This document shows, one piece after another, positions 28,155 through 37,826 of a stretch of DNA of 64,000 bases. Position numbers and translations under genes: made by a program. Origin of the DNA: Bacteroidota bacterium. Lineage in GTDB: Bacteria; Bacteroidota; Bacteroidia; CAIKAF01. How positions within the stretch are numbered: the first letter of the stretch is position 1; each line of letters starts with the position of its first letter. A model generated the notes under the pieces. It was not told the DNA's origin. It was given only the letters and a program-made list of their open reading frames with translations, and searched no databases. The stretch is from positions 3,144-67,143 of the forward strand of contig VGMT01000010.1 of the NCBI GenBank assembly GCA_016866335.1. The letters run 5' to 3'.

Positions 28155-30320
28155 ATGTTGACCATGCACGCTTTCTTTCGCTCCCTAATCGTTTCCCTAT
28201 TCCTGTTTGTCGGTTCAGCCCTGCACCTACTCGCCCACGAAGGCATGTGGCTGCCGCTGTTCCTGCAAAAACTCAACGAACAAGAAATGAAAGACATGGG
28301 GCTGCGCATCAGCATCAACGAAATCTATTCCGTCAACAACGGAAGCTTGAAAGATGCCGTTTTTATTTTTGGCGGAGGCTGCACCTCCGAATTGATTTCG
28401 AGCCAAGGCCTGCTGCTCACCAACCACCACTGCGGGTATTCGGCCATACAATCTCATTCCAGCATGGCCAACAATTACCTGCGCGACGGATTTATGGCCA
28501 AAACCCAAGCCGATGAATTGCCCAGCCAAGGACTAACCGCCACGCGCATTGTGCGGATCGACGAGGTTACTGCGGCCATTCTAAATCAGGCCGTTGACCA
28601 AAACGGCAAGCGCAACGAAACCCAAATCCTTGCCAATATTCAAGCTTTAAAGGAAAAAACCGCCGCCGAAACCGGCTATACCCCTGTGATTAAATCGTTC
28701 TTTTACGGAAACCAATACTTTCTATTTCTAACCGAGGTGTTCACCGATATCCGTATGGTTGCCGCGCCACCCTCCTACATCGGGAAATTCGGCTACGACG
28801 AAGACAATTGGATGTGGCCACGGCACACGGGCGATTTCAGCATTTTCAGAATTTATGCCGGCCCCGACAACAAACCCGCCCCCTACGCTGCCGAAAACAA
28901 ACCCTACATACCCTACCGCCACCTTGAAATTGACCTTAGCGGAGTAAAAGAAGGCGATTTTACCATAGTGTATGGATTTCCGGGGCAAACCCAGGAATAC
29001 CTGCCCAGCGAATCCATTCGCCTGCTAATGGACAGAACAAATCCTGCCCGTATTGAAATCCGAGAAAAAGCCCTTTCGGTCATTAATGCCGCCATGGCAA
29101 AATCTGCCGAAACCCAACTTCAATACGCCGCCAAACAAAGCCGAATCAGCAACTACTGGAAAAAATGGATTGGCGAAAACCGCGGCCTGCAGAAGCTCAA
29201 CGCCGTTCAGCAACGCCAAGCCATGGAAAAAGAATTCCTGAAATTGGGCGGCAATCCCGAAAACCTAAAAGCCCTAAACGCTCTTGAAATCTCTACCGCC
29301 GACGTTCAAATTGCCTACGAAACCTACATAGAATTCCTGCAATCGGGCCCGGAACTGCCCAAATTCATACGCAGTTACCTCAGCGCCCTCGATAACATAG
29401 GCAGCAGCAAAGACAAAGCCGAACTCGATGCCCTAAACCTAAAAACCCGGCAACAAATCGCATCGTTTTACGAAAAAACCGACCTAAAGGTCGATAAAGC
29501 CATTTTCCAAGAAACCTTTCCGGTACTCAAAAAACACCTGCCCAGCTCATACTGGCCTGAATCCCTGAATAACCAGGTGGAAGGCCGCGGTTTGCAGGTT
29601 TTTTTGCAAGGATTGTACGAATCTTCTGTTTTCGCTTCGGCCAAAAAACTGCAGGCGCATTGGGACAAATCGGTGGCGGCCAGCCAAGCCCAGCCCGAAC
29701 CGGCACTGGAATTTGTGCGGGGACTCTATCAATACCTTTTAACGGTGGTGCAACCCGCCTACACCACGGCAAACGCCGAGCGCGGCGCGCTGATGCAAGG
29801 CTACATGGCTCAGGTATTGAAAAGCTTCGAAGGCAAGCGCCGCCTGTATCCCGATGCCAACGGAACCTTAAGGCTTGCCTACGGCAAGGTCGAAGGCTAT
29901 TCCCCACGCAGCGGAGTACGCTACCACTGGCAAACCACCCTTACAGGACTGCTCGAAAAATACCAGAAAGACCATCCGGATTTTCACCTTCCCGACACCT
30001 TTATGCGGGTGGCTCGGCTGCAGGACTTTCAGCCTTACTTTTACGGCAAAGATTTGCCGGTGGCCTTTATCGGCAGCAACCACACCACCGGGGGCAACAG
30101 CGGCAGTCCGGTGTTGAACGAGTACGGGCGTTTGGTCGGCTTAAACTTCGACCGCACTTGGGAAAGCACCATGAGCGACATTATGTTCGATCCCGAACGC
30201 TGCCGCAACGTCGCCTGCGATGTACGCTACATCTGCTGGGTGGTCGACAAAGTCATGGGCGGACCGCATTTAATCGAAGAAATGACCTTAATCGAGCCTT
30301 CTTCCACACGCATGCGCTAA
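28155..30320 (+). CDS. S46 family dipeptidyl-peptidase (DPP7/DPP11-like)
   Basis: Signal peptide then EGMWLP. Catalytic His context GGCTSELISSQGLLLTNHHCGY. Length about 720 aa. The track ORF starts at 28134 and either Met is possible. Confidence 0.85.
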   Translation: MLTMHAFFRSLIVSLFLFVGSALHLLAHEGMWLPLFLQKLNEQEMKDMGLRISINEIYSVNNGSLKDAVFIFGGGCTSELISSQGLLLTNHHCGYSAIQSHSSMANNYLRDGFMAKTQADELPSQGLTATRIVRIDEVTAAILNQAVDQNGKRNETQILANIQALKEKTAAETGYTPVIKSFFYGNQYFLFLTEVFTDIRMVAAPPSYIGKFGYDEDNWMWPRHTGDFSIFRIYAGPDNKPAPYAAENKPYIPYRHLEIDLSGVKEGDFTIVYGFPGQTQEYLPSESIRLLMDRTNPARIEIREKALSVINAAMAKSAETQLQYAAKQSRISNYWKKWIGENRGLQKLNAVQQRQAMEKEFLKLGGNPENLKALNALEISTADVQIAYETYIEFLQSGPELPKFIRSYLSALDNIGSSKDKAELDALNLKTRQQIASFYEKTDLKVDKAIFQETFPVLKKHLPSSYWPESLNNQVEGRGLQVFLQGLYESSVFASAKKLQAHWDKSVAASQAQPEPALEFVRGLYQYLLTVVQPAYTTANAERGALMQGYMAQVLKSFEGKRRLYPDANGTLRLAYGKVEGYSPRSGVRYHWQTTLTGLLEKYQKDHPDFHLPDTFMRVARLQDFQPYFYGKDLPVAFIGSNHTTGGNSGSPVLNEYGRLVGLNFDRTWESTMSDIMFDPERCRNVACDVRYICWVVDKVMGGPHLIEEMTLIEPSSTRMR

Positions 30321-30344
30321 TTGGTGGCAAGCGGTCAGATTTCC

Positions 30345-30525
30345 TCGTTTTTTACCTTTTTTGGGGCGGCTGCGGGCTTTCGCAGGTAGTACGCGGTTGC
30401 CGGGCAACTGCCCAGCGGCCTTGCGCGGGCTCCCAAGGTCGCCTGCGCGGCACGCGGGCAGTAACCCGCCACCCTTGCGGGCTACCTGGCTCAATCCCTG
30501 CCGCGGGTCTCTTCGTTTAAACACC
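30345..30525 (-). repeat. high-GC intergenic repeat, copy C
   Basis: tttttggggcggctgcgggctttcgcagg...gggctcccaaggtcgcctgcgcgg...ggctcaatccctgccgcggg. This is the reverse complement of the copy A/D pattern. Confidence 0.7.
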
Positions 30526-30596
30526 CAGATTAACTTGCTACCATGTCTGTTTTTTTAGCAACTTTGACACGAGAAACCTATTAAAATAATGCTGCC

Positions 30597-30932
30597 ATGA
30601 AAAATTTATGCATCGTTGGATTGCTGTCTTTAAGTTTCGGATTAACCCGTGCCCAAAAGGTGTTTTCGGTTGATTATGAAAACCAAGCCGATGTAAAGGT
30701 GTTTGCCGTCAACTACGAAAACCAAGCCGACCTAAAGGTTTTTAAGGTGAAATATGAAAACCAAGCCGGAAGCAACGACGGTAAATGGTTTTTTACCCAA
30801 TATTCAAACCAGGCAAAAAAGAAGGTGTATTTCGTCAAGTATGAAAACCAAGCCGATTTAAAAATCTATTTTGTTGATTACGAAAATCAAGCCGGTTGGA
30901 GAAATTCAGCGAAAAAACACCTAATGTACTAA
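30597..30932 (+). CDS. secreted repeat protein with six YENQA[DG] units
   Basis: Signal peptide. Repeats [VF]x[VY]ENQADxK[VI][FY] at VDYENQADVKVF, VNYENQADLKVF, VKYENQAGSNDG, TQYSNQAKKKVY, VKYENQADLKIY and VDYENQAGWRNS. Confidence 0.6.
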   Translation: MKNLCIVGLLSLSFGLTRAQKVFSVDYENQADVKVFAVNYENQADLKVFKVKYENQAGSNDGKWFFTQYSNQAKKKVYFVKYENQADLKIYFVDYENQAGWRNSAKKHLMY

Positions 30933-31015
30933 GCTTGGCTTGTTTCTAAATCCCTGCCTAGGTTTGATTTTGGTTTTCCATTCATTCCAATTTGGAATTC
31001 GATGGACGGCAAGAC

Positions 31016-32584
31016 CTAAAATCCCAGAATCACTCTAATTGCTTGGTTCTGGCCTAGCTGTAAAAAATACACTCCCGCAGGCAGGCCTTCCAGGTTTACC
31101 GTTTGGCTTGCTTGCTCTACCCTACCCGATTTCCATTCCCTTCCTAAAGCATCTATCAAACGGTATGTTTGCCCAATAGCCGCTGCCTCTGCATCCAAAA
31201 CAAATCGGTCGGTAGCGGGGTTTGGTGCCACCATTCCCCAAGGTTCCGGCAGCTCGGCCTGCCCCAACCAGCTGTCGGAACATAGGCTTCCGGTTCTGCG
31301 CTCGTCGTACTGAAACATGGCCCATTCGGGACCTTGCCCAGGCCCTAAATCAAAGGCAAAAGCCCTGCCGTAGTTCGACTGAAAGTTGGGGTATTTGGTG
31401 TGTCCTGCAACAATTACGGCGTCCCTGCGGCCATCTCCGTTCAGGTCGCCCACCACCGGAGCCGCGCCCACCTCCATGGTATCGCCATACAAAGCACCCA
31501 GATCCACCACGAACAGCTCTTGCCCTGTGTTGCCCTGCAAACCCACAAAATGCCCGCCGGTAGTTCCAAAAAGTACATCGGGAAGTCCATCGTTGGTTAT
31601 ATCGCTCAAAGCAGCGCCCCGAAAACTGCTGCCATAACCGGGAATGGTGTAAGCCCATTGCTGCTGCCCTAAGGTATTCAAAGCGTACATACGATATCCA
31701 CCGCCAAAAACCAGTTCGCATGACCCATCGCCGTTTAGATCGGCCACCGAAACAGGAGAGCCAACATAGCCTACTGCATCAAAGCTCCATAAAACCGCGC
31801 CTGTACTTCCCTTCAAAGCCCAGAGCCGGCCGCTGTAATCGCCCAGCACCAGGTCAGGAGCGCCATCCGAATCCAAATCGGTAACCGCGGTGCCGTGGTA
31901 CACATAATCGTTCATGGGTGCCGACCAAATGGTTTGCCGAGATACACCATCGAAGGCATACACCCGGCTGCTGTCTGAAAAATTCCAAGTGGCCAAAACA
32001 ATGTCTAATCGCCCATCGGCGTTCAAATCGACCAAGGTGGGAGCGGTTTGCACCCAGGAATTCACATCAACGGCAATTTCCCATTTTACGGCCCCGTTTT
32101 GGGGATTTATGCAGAGCAGGTAACCTCCAAACTGACCGTGCAGCAGTTCCGGCAATCCGTCTCCGTCCACGTCGCCAAGGGTGGGTGGCGAATCGGACCC
32201 GCGGGTAGGTGTAGACCATTTTAATTGTCCGCTGTTGGCATCGAAGCAAAAGGTGGTGGGGTTGCATGAAGAAGCCAAGACCAGGTCCAATTGCCCATCA
32301 CCGTCCACATCGGCCAGCAAGGGAGCGGTATCGTTGCAGCCTTCGGCAAATCCGGCGGCATTGAACGACCAGCGCAAGCTGCCCGAAGAATTTAAGGCAT
32401 ACAGCATGCCGTCGTTTCGGTAGCAGCCAAAAAAAGCCTCGGGCCGTCCGTCTCCGTCCACATCGGCCAAAGCCGTCTGTCCAAAGGCATTGTCTTGGGT
32501 ATCAAAGGTCCAGAGCAAATTGGGGGTTTGGGCAGAAAGACCACTACAGAAAAACAGCGCAAGGCCAACAAAAACAGATTTCAT
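31016..32584 (-). CDS. FG-GAP/VCBS repeat protein with T9SS (type A) C-terminal domain
   Basis: Signal peptide MKSVFVGLALFFCSGLSAQ. Multiple DxDGDGxxD FG-GAP calcium-binding loops. The C-terminal roughly 80 aa (...TYRLIDALGREW...GVYFLQLGQNQAIRVILGF) is typical of the Por/T9SS CTD. Confidence 0.75.
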   Translation of the reverse strand: MKSVFVGLALFFCSGLSAQTPNLLWTFDTQDNAFGQTALADVDGDGRPEAFFGCYRNDGMLYALNSSGSLRWSFNAAGFAEGCNDTAPLLADVDGDGQLDLVLASSCNPTTFCFDANSGQLKWSTPTRGSDSPPTLGDVDGDGLPELLHGQFGGYLLCINPQNGAVKWEIAVDVNSWVQTAPTLVDLNADGRLDIVLATWNFSDSSRVYAFDGVSRQTIWSAPMNDYVYHGTAVTDLDSDGAPDLVLGDYSGRLWALKGSTGAVLWSFDAVGYVGSPVSVADLNGDGSCELVFGGGYRMYALNTLGQQQWAYTIPGYGSSFRGAALSDITNDGLPDVLFGTTGGHFVGLQGNTGQELFVVDLGALYGDTMEVGAAPVVGDLNGDGRRDAVIVAGHTKYPNFQSNYGRAFAFDLGPGQGPEWAMFQYDERRTGSLCSDSWLGQAELPEPWGMVAPNPATDRFVLDAEAAAIGQTYRLIDALGREWKSGRVEQASQTVNLEGLPAGVYFLQLGQNQAIRVILGF

Positions 32585-32741
32585 TTCAAAGGTATTTCGG
32601 GTTTAAAAGTAGGTAAAATGGGGATTGGGGGCTTAGAAATGCACTCTGCGTTCATCCTATAGTGGAGTTCAATGGCAGTTAAACTAGCCGAGCCGTAACT
32701 TTGCACGTTGGGGATATTAACATAGATGTTGTTTGAGTATG

Positions 32742-33007
32742 TTTTTTGGGCTTTTCGGGTCGGTTGGGTTTTGGTATTCGGGGTTGCGGCATTCGCGGTC
32801 GCGAGGGGCTACACCCCTCGCTGGGGTATTAAGCCCCTTCAGGGCTTGGCGCCGCCCGCGCCCGGGATCGAGGCGGCATGAAGGCGGTGGCGGGCGCTTG
32901 CCCCCGGACGAGGAGGCGACCAGGGGGAGCCACCGCAGGCCGATGGGGCAAGCAGCCCGGCAGCAACTGAATACAGCTAAGAGCCCGAATTGGCGCCCAA
33001 AAAATCA
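32742..33007 (+). repeat. high-GC intergenic repeat, copy E (longer composite with inverted ends)
   Basis: Begins gttttttgggcttttcgggtcgg (reverse-type end). Contains the hairpin cgaggggctacacccctcg and the core gaggaggcgaccagggggagccaccgca. Ends gagcccgaattggcgcccaaaaaatc (forward-type end). Confidence 0.6.
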
Positions 33008-33060
33008 GATTTACCTTGAGCAGCCTAACTGTTTTGAACAGCCTTTGTAGCCTGGCCGGC

Positions 33061-35160
33061 CTACGAAATCATGGACCAGGGGCCCTGGCTGCGCTCCCGG
33101 GCCTGCAAATAGCGCAACAGGTTGGCGTGCTGGGGAGCAAGCAAATCCGGATCGCGCTCTACGATGTGCCAAACCGCCTGCCGAGCCTGCTCCAACACGG
33201 GAGCATCTTCCACCAAACTGGCCAGTTTGAACTGCATTTCTCCGCTCTGCCGAGTTCCCTCTAAATCGCCCGGCCCCCTCAACTCCAAATCCTTCTCGGC
33301 AATCTTGAACCCATCGTTCGTGGCCACCATTACTGCCATGCGCTCACGCGCCTCGGTGCTCAACTGCCTCCCCGTTAGCAAAATGCAGTACGATTGATCG
33401 GCCCCCCGCCCTACCCGACCGCGCAGCTGATGCAGCTGACTCAGGCCGAAACGCTCAGCACTTTCAATCACCATGACCGAGGCATTTGGTACATTCACCC
33501 CCACCTCGATCACCGTGGTTGAAACCAAGACTTTGATGTGCCCTTTCACAAATCGAGCCATGGCGTTTTCTTTGTCGGCCGGCTTCATTTGCCCATGCAG
33601 TACATCGGCCGGAATGTCGGGCAGGTGCTGCTTGAACACCTCGAATCCCTCCAACATGTTTTTGTAGTCCAGCTTTTTCGACTCGTCAATCAGGGGGTAC
33701 ACCAGGTAAATTTGCCGGCCCGCCTCTACCTGCTGCCGAATAAACCGGTACACCTCTAGCCGAACCTCCTCGCCTTTGTGTATGGTTATAACGTTCTTTC
33801 GGCCCGGGGGCAGCTCGTCGATCACCGATACGTCCAAATCGCCGTACAAGGTCATGGCCAAGGTGCGCGGAATGGGTGTGGCTGTCATAACCAAAACATG
33901 GGGAGGCGTAGAACGGGCCTTTTCCCAAAGTCGGGCCCGCTGGGCTACTCCAAACCGATGCTGTTCATCGATGATAGCCATGCCCAGGTTATGGAACTGC
34001 ACCTCTTGCTCCAACAAGGCGTGGGTACCCACCAACAGGGCAATTTCGCCCTGCTGCAAGGCCGTGTGCAGCTTTGTACGCTCGGCCTTTTTGGTGCTGC
34101 CGGTAAGCAACCCTACCCGAATGCCCAGGGGCGCCAAAAGCTGAGATATTCCTAAAAAATGCTGCTGGGCCAGAATTTCGGTGGGCGCCAGCAAGGCGGT
34201 TTGATAGCCGTTGTCATGGGCCATAAGGGCGGTGAGCACGGCCACCACAGTTTTTCCGGATCCCACATCGCCTTGAAGTAGGCGGTTCATTTGCCGGCCC
34301 GATTTTACATCGGCCCGAATTTCTTTCAACACCCGCTTTTGTGCCTGGGTTAAGGTAAAGGGCAGGTGCTGTTCGTAAAAGGTATGAAAGGCCGGCCCCA
34401 ACTGGGGCAAGGGAATACCGGGTTGAGCGGTTTGGTTGCGGGCTTTGGTTTGCAGCATCCGAAACTGGGCCATAAACAGCTCTTCGAACTTAAGCCGAAA
34501 GCGGGCCGATTGCAGGGCCTGGTTGTCGGGCGGAAAATGAATCCAACGGAAAGCTTGGTCGCGGCCAATCAAGCCGTAGCGGCTTAGCACGGCCTCGGGC
34601 AGGTTCTCAGGAATGGGAGCCGGTAAGCCATCGATGATTTGCTTGAGCAATTTGCCAATGCCTTTGGGGTCTAAACCGGCTTTGCGCAGTTTGTCGGAGC
34701 TGGGGTACATGGGGCTTAGGCCCGGTTGCAGCTGCTGCCCCGGCTGCATGATTTCGAAGTCGGGATGCGACATGCCCGGTTGGCCTTTGTAAAAAATGGG
34801 CTTTCCGGCAACAATCAAAACCTGTCCGGGCTTCAGTTTTTCGTCCAGCCAGGCCATGTTGCCGAACCAGGTTAGTTCCATGCTGCCGCTTTTGTCGCGC
34901 AAATGCACGGTAAAGCGTGATTTTCCCTGACCGGGCAGCCATTCTTTGTGTTCAATGGCTCCGATGGACTGGACATAAGGCATGGATTCGCTGATAAGTC
35001 CAATGGGTTGAAACCGGGTGCGGTCTAAGTAGCGAAAGGGAAAATGCGTTAAGGCATCGGCAAAGCTGTGCAGGCCCAAATCTTTGGACAAAAGGGCGGC
35101 CTTGTTGGGTCCGCAGCCCTTTAAGTACGCCAACGATGTAGATAAATAATGACCTTGCAC
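33061..35160 (-). CDS. recG: ATP-dependent DNA helicase RecG
   Basis: 699 aa. Wedge domain plus SF2 helicase motifs (GDVGSGKT, DEQHRFG, TATPIPRT), and the RecG-specific C-terminus. Confidence 0.9.
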   Translation of the reverse strand: MQGHYLSTSLAYLKGCGPNKAALLSKDLGLHSFADALTHFPFRYLDRTRFQPIGLISESMPYVQSIGAIEHKEWLPGQGKSRFTVHLRDKSGSMELTWFGNMAWLDEKLKPGQVLIVAGKPIFYKGQPGMSHPDFEIMQPGQQLQPGLSPMYPSSDKLRKAGLDPKGIGKLLKQIIDGLPAPIPENLPEAVLSRYGLIGRDQAFRWIHFPPDNQALQSARFRLKFEELFMAQFRMLQTKARNQTAQPGIPLPQLGPAFHTFYEQHLPFTLTQAQKRVLKEIRADVKSGRQMNRLLQGDVGSGKTVVAVLTALMAHDNGYQTALLAPTEILAQQHFLGISQLLAPLGIRVGLLTGSTKKAERTKLHTALQQGEIALLVGTHALLEQEVQFHNLGMAIIDEQHRFGVAQRARLWEKARSTPPHVLVMTATPIPRTLAMTLYGDLDVSVIDELPPGRKNVITIHKGEEVRLEVYRFIRQQVEAGRQIYLVYPLIDESKKLDYKNMLEGFEVFKQHLPDIPADVLHGQMKPADKENAMARFVKGHIKVLVSTTVIEVGVNVPNASVMVIESAERFGLSQLHQLRGRVGRGADQSYCILLTGRQLSTEARERMAVMVATNDGFKIAEKDLELRGPGDLEGTRQSGEMQFKLASLVEDAPVLEQARQAVWHIVERDPDLLAPQHANLLRYLQARERSQGPWSMIS

Positions 35161-35238
35161 GAATTTGATACTTGGGCTTGATGGCCGGAAAAAATCAATG
35201 TACCTTGCAGCGATGTACTCGGTATTTTTACAAAGTTA

Positions 35239-36078
35239 ATGGTTTCAGCGTTTATTTTCAGGTGGTCAATGGGGCTTGTGGCTCTGCTAAGTTTTGGGGT
35301 TTTATCGGCCCAAGACACCTTAAGAATTTATTTTAGGTCAGATTCGGCGGTACCCCTGAATGCCGGTGTTTTGAAGGAATGGAAGGAAGTAGGCGGCATG
35401 TTTGAATTGCTGGGGCATACCGACCAAAAGGGCTCGGAGGCCTACAACCTTCGGTTATCAAAGCGGCGCATTGCCGCGGTGCGGGCCTTGCTGCAGCCCC
35501 AAGAGCCAAGCTGGCATGAGGGCAAACACATTACCGAAAGGGCATTTGGTGAGTCTCGGCCGGTATCGCAAAACGATTCCTTAAACCGAAGGGTAGAGAT
35601 TGTGGTGAATAGGCCCGTAGTTGCCCCGCCTCAGGTGTTAAAGCCGCCGCGCAAGGGCTGTCAGGCGCATTTTAGCGGAGGCATTTTGGGGAACTACCCT
35701 TTGCCCGATTATGTAGAAGTTATTTTTGATTCAAATGCCCGCGGCAGCGAATGGGTGGGCGAAGGCGAGTATCCAATCAATCGGTTGGCCTTTCCGAACT
35801 CGGTCGAAAACACCTTTGACGGCATAGCGGCCGACAAAGGCACCCGGGTGATCTTGTATGAGAAGGAACATTTTCAAGGGCGGGTATTGGCCGATTTAGA
35901 GGGGCCTTTTGTATTGACAAACGTAATTTGGGCAGAGCTTTCGGCGATGGAGACGCATGCCTTGAGGGCGCATCCGGTGTTGGATAGTTTGATACCCAGG
36001 AGCCGTAGGCGGTATTCGGCGGAGAACATGCATTCCTGGTCGTTTGGGTCGGTGAAGGTAATTTGTTCGGAACGGTAG
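35239..36078 (+). CDS. OmpA-like domain protein with C-terminal beta/gamma-crystallin-like module
   Basis: Signal peptide. OmpA_C-like peptidoglycan-binding motif LLGHTDQKGSEAYNLRLSKRRIAAVRALL. C-terminal VILYEKEHFQGRVLADLEGPFVL resembles a Greek-key beta/gamma-crystallin motif. Confidence 0.6.
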   Translation: MVSAFIFRWSMGLVALLSFGVLSAQDTLRIYFRSDSAVPLNAGVLKEWKEVGGMFELLGHTDQKGSEAYNLRLSKRRIAAVRALLQPQEPSWHEGKHITERAFGESRPVSQNDSLNRRVEIVVNRPVVAPPQVLKPPRKGCQAHFSGGILGNYPLPDYVEVIFDSNARGSEWVGEGEYPINRLAFPNSVENTFDGIAADKGTRVILYEKEHFQGRVLADLEGPFVLTNVIWAELSAMETHALRAHPVLDSLIPRSRRRYSAENMHSWSFGSVKVICSER

Positions 36079-36106
36079 GGGCAGACCTTGCGTCTGCCCC
36101 TACCCG
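36074..36106. repeat. GC palindromic hairpin unit, left copy of inverted-repeat pair flanking the ATPase gene
   Basis: ggtaggggcagaccttgcgtctgcccctacccg. It is the reverse complement of 37794..37826 over about 30 bp. Confidence 0.8.
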
Positions 36107-36115
36107 CGCCTGCCC

Positions 36116-37582
36116 CTACAGGAATTCTTGGCCATCATTTTGATTCCCCATTTTCAAAACCATGTCGCCTATATTATAGCAATACAAGGCGGCGGGAATG
36201 AATGAAACCGCCACCTCATCAACTGTTTTAATTCCTACACGGTCAATTGAGGTAACCAAAGCGCGCTTAAATTGGTTGACTTTGCAAAAATGGATTAGAC
36301 TTTTCAATTCGTGGGGGTTTTCGTAAAAACGATTGCTCCATTTTACCTCGACACCCCATTGGGGTTTGAAATTTTTGCCGTCCAACAACACAAAATCGAC
36401 TTCACCTTCGATTCTACCTTCCTTCCAACGTGCATAGGTTAAATCAAAATAACCTAAGTGCATCCATTGCGACAATACAATGGTTTCGACCATATTCCCC
36501 ATTTCAGGATCTGTTTCACCAATGGGTGAAAATAAAGCTGAACGCAACGATGGATTGGTTAAATAGACTTTGAAACTGCTAATTCGCTGTAGTCGTTTTG
36601 CTGAGGCATCTACCCTGTTTAATACCCTAATTAAGAATGCCGCTTCCAGGTATTCCAGGTATTTTTTAAGAGTGGCCTTTTGTATTCCACTTTCATTGCT
36701 CATTTTTTCGAACGAAAATTCATTGCCCGTGTTGTAAGCAATGTACAAGAAAAACCGGTTTAACTCCTGTACATCTTTTATACCATACAAACTGGGTAAA
36801 TCTCTTAGTAAAACCTTATCGACAATGTCGTTTTTAACATACCTACCCATATCGCTTTGAATTCGTTCATTCAAAACAATTTCAGGAAATCCACCAAAGT
36901 TCAAGTAATGTAAAAACTCCATGTTTAAGGCCTTTACATCGTGGGACAAAAAGAAAGGAATTTTGTTTTCACCGAGGTTAATATTCCCGGGATACATTAA
37001 ATGACCCCTATCTTTTAAATGAATGTACTCCTTAAAAGTAAGCGGTGGCAGCATAAAATCTGTAAACCTTCCTGCTCCACTTTCTGTACTAAACCATTTC
37101 AATGCTGCGGCTGCCGAACCCGAAACGATAAATTTGGTTTCTGGAAAAGAATCAACCAAAACCTTAAGATGCCGTTCCCAGTCTTTTAGGTATTGTATTT
37201 CATCAAAAAAAACGTAGCAACCTTTTATGCTTTCTTGGTTAACAGCTTGTTTGCATAAATTCAAAATATCTTCCAAACTTAAATTCACATAAATGGGATT
37301 GTCAATACCCACGAAAAATATATTTTTAGGATTCACCTTTTCAGACAACAATTGCTGAATGCTATGAAACAACATAACGGTTTTACCCACCCTTCTTGGC
37401 CCCATTAAAACCAACGCTCTTCTCACCTTATTTTCAACTACAAGTGGATAAAACAAGTCAAAATAAAGCCGTTTTGCCATTGAGCTAAATACTTCGGGTA
37501 TTTGCTTATTGACCCACCAAGGATTTTCATACCGCAAACGTTCTTGTATTTTATAAGATGGAATTAGATTCATAGCAGCCAA
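36116..37582 (-). CDS. AAA+ ATPase, DUF4143-type
   Basis: 488 aa. Walker A LMGPRRVGKTV and Walker B VFFDEIQY. The C-terminal region is typical of the widespread AAA plus DUF4143 ATP-binding protein family. Confidence 0.8.
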   Translation of the reverse strand: MAAMNLIPSYKIQERLRYENPWWVNKQIPEVFSSMAKRLYFDLFYPLVVENKVRRALVLMGPRRVGKTVMLFHSIQQLLSEKVNPKNIFFVGIDNPIYVNLSLEDILNLCKQAVNQESIKGCYVFFDEIQYLKDWERHLKVLVDSFPETKFIVSGSAAAALKWFSTESGAGRFTDFMLPPLTFKEYIHLKDRGHLMYPGNINLGENKIPFFLSHDVKALNMEFLHYLNFGGFPEIVLNERIQSDMGRYVKNDIVDKVLLRDLPSLYGIKDVQELNRFFLYIAYNTGNEFSFEKMSNESGIQKATLKKYLEYLEAAFLIRVLNRVDASAKRLQRISSFKVYLTNPSLRSALFSPIGETDPEMGNMVETIVLSQWMHLGYFDLTYARWKEGRIEGEVDFVLLDGKNFKPQWGVEVKWSNRFYENPHELKSLIHFCKVNQFKRALVTSIDRVGIKTVDEVAVSFIPAALYCYNIGDMVLKMGNQNDGQEFL

Positions 37583-37751
37583 TTAATTGTTTATATCTAC
37601 AAATATAGTTATTTTAAGCACATCGCAACATATCTATTTGTACATTTTTTGTATAAATAAGTCATTTTAGCTCTAAAATGTGATTTATTTATACAGAATA
37701 AATCTAGCCCTTGCTCATTTTCGTGGTTGGCAGCCACGAATGCATAAAAAT

Positions 37752-37826
37752 TGGTGGCTAGGTTGGGGCAGACGCGGGTTGGGGCAGACGCAAGGTAGGG
37801 GCAGACGCAAGGTCTGCCCCTACCCG
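37752..37826. repeat. tandem partial plus complete GC hairpin units (right copy of inverted-repeat pair)
   Basis: ggttggggcagacgcgggttggggcagacgcaaggtaggggcagacgcaaggtctgcccctacccg. Three direct gggcagacgc units, the last forming the full palindrome. The whole cluster is bracketed by the 12-bp inverted repeat agccacgaatgc (37733-37744) / gcattcgtggct (37846-37857). Confidence 0.8.

Noticed and set aside
28115-30520. Arg-rich ORFs inside or antisense to the S46 peptidase gene (28115..28516, 28227..28529, 29527..29907, 29660..30520).
   Set aside because: The S46 frame is intact from signal peptide to stop with conserved catalytic motifs. The alternate frames are GC-driven and basic-residue-rich with no motifs.
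36074-36106. Left GC hairpin as a simple bidirectional rho-independent terminator only.
   Set aside because: It lacks a following U-tract. It has an exact inverted partner 1.7 kb away at a non-terminator position. It is kept as a repeat element, although a terminator role for this particular copy is not excluded.
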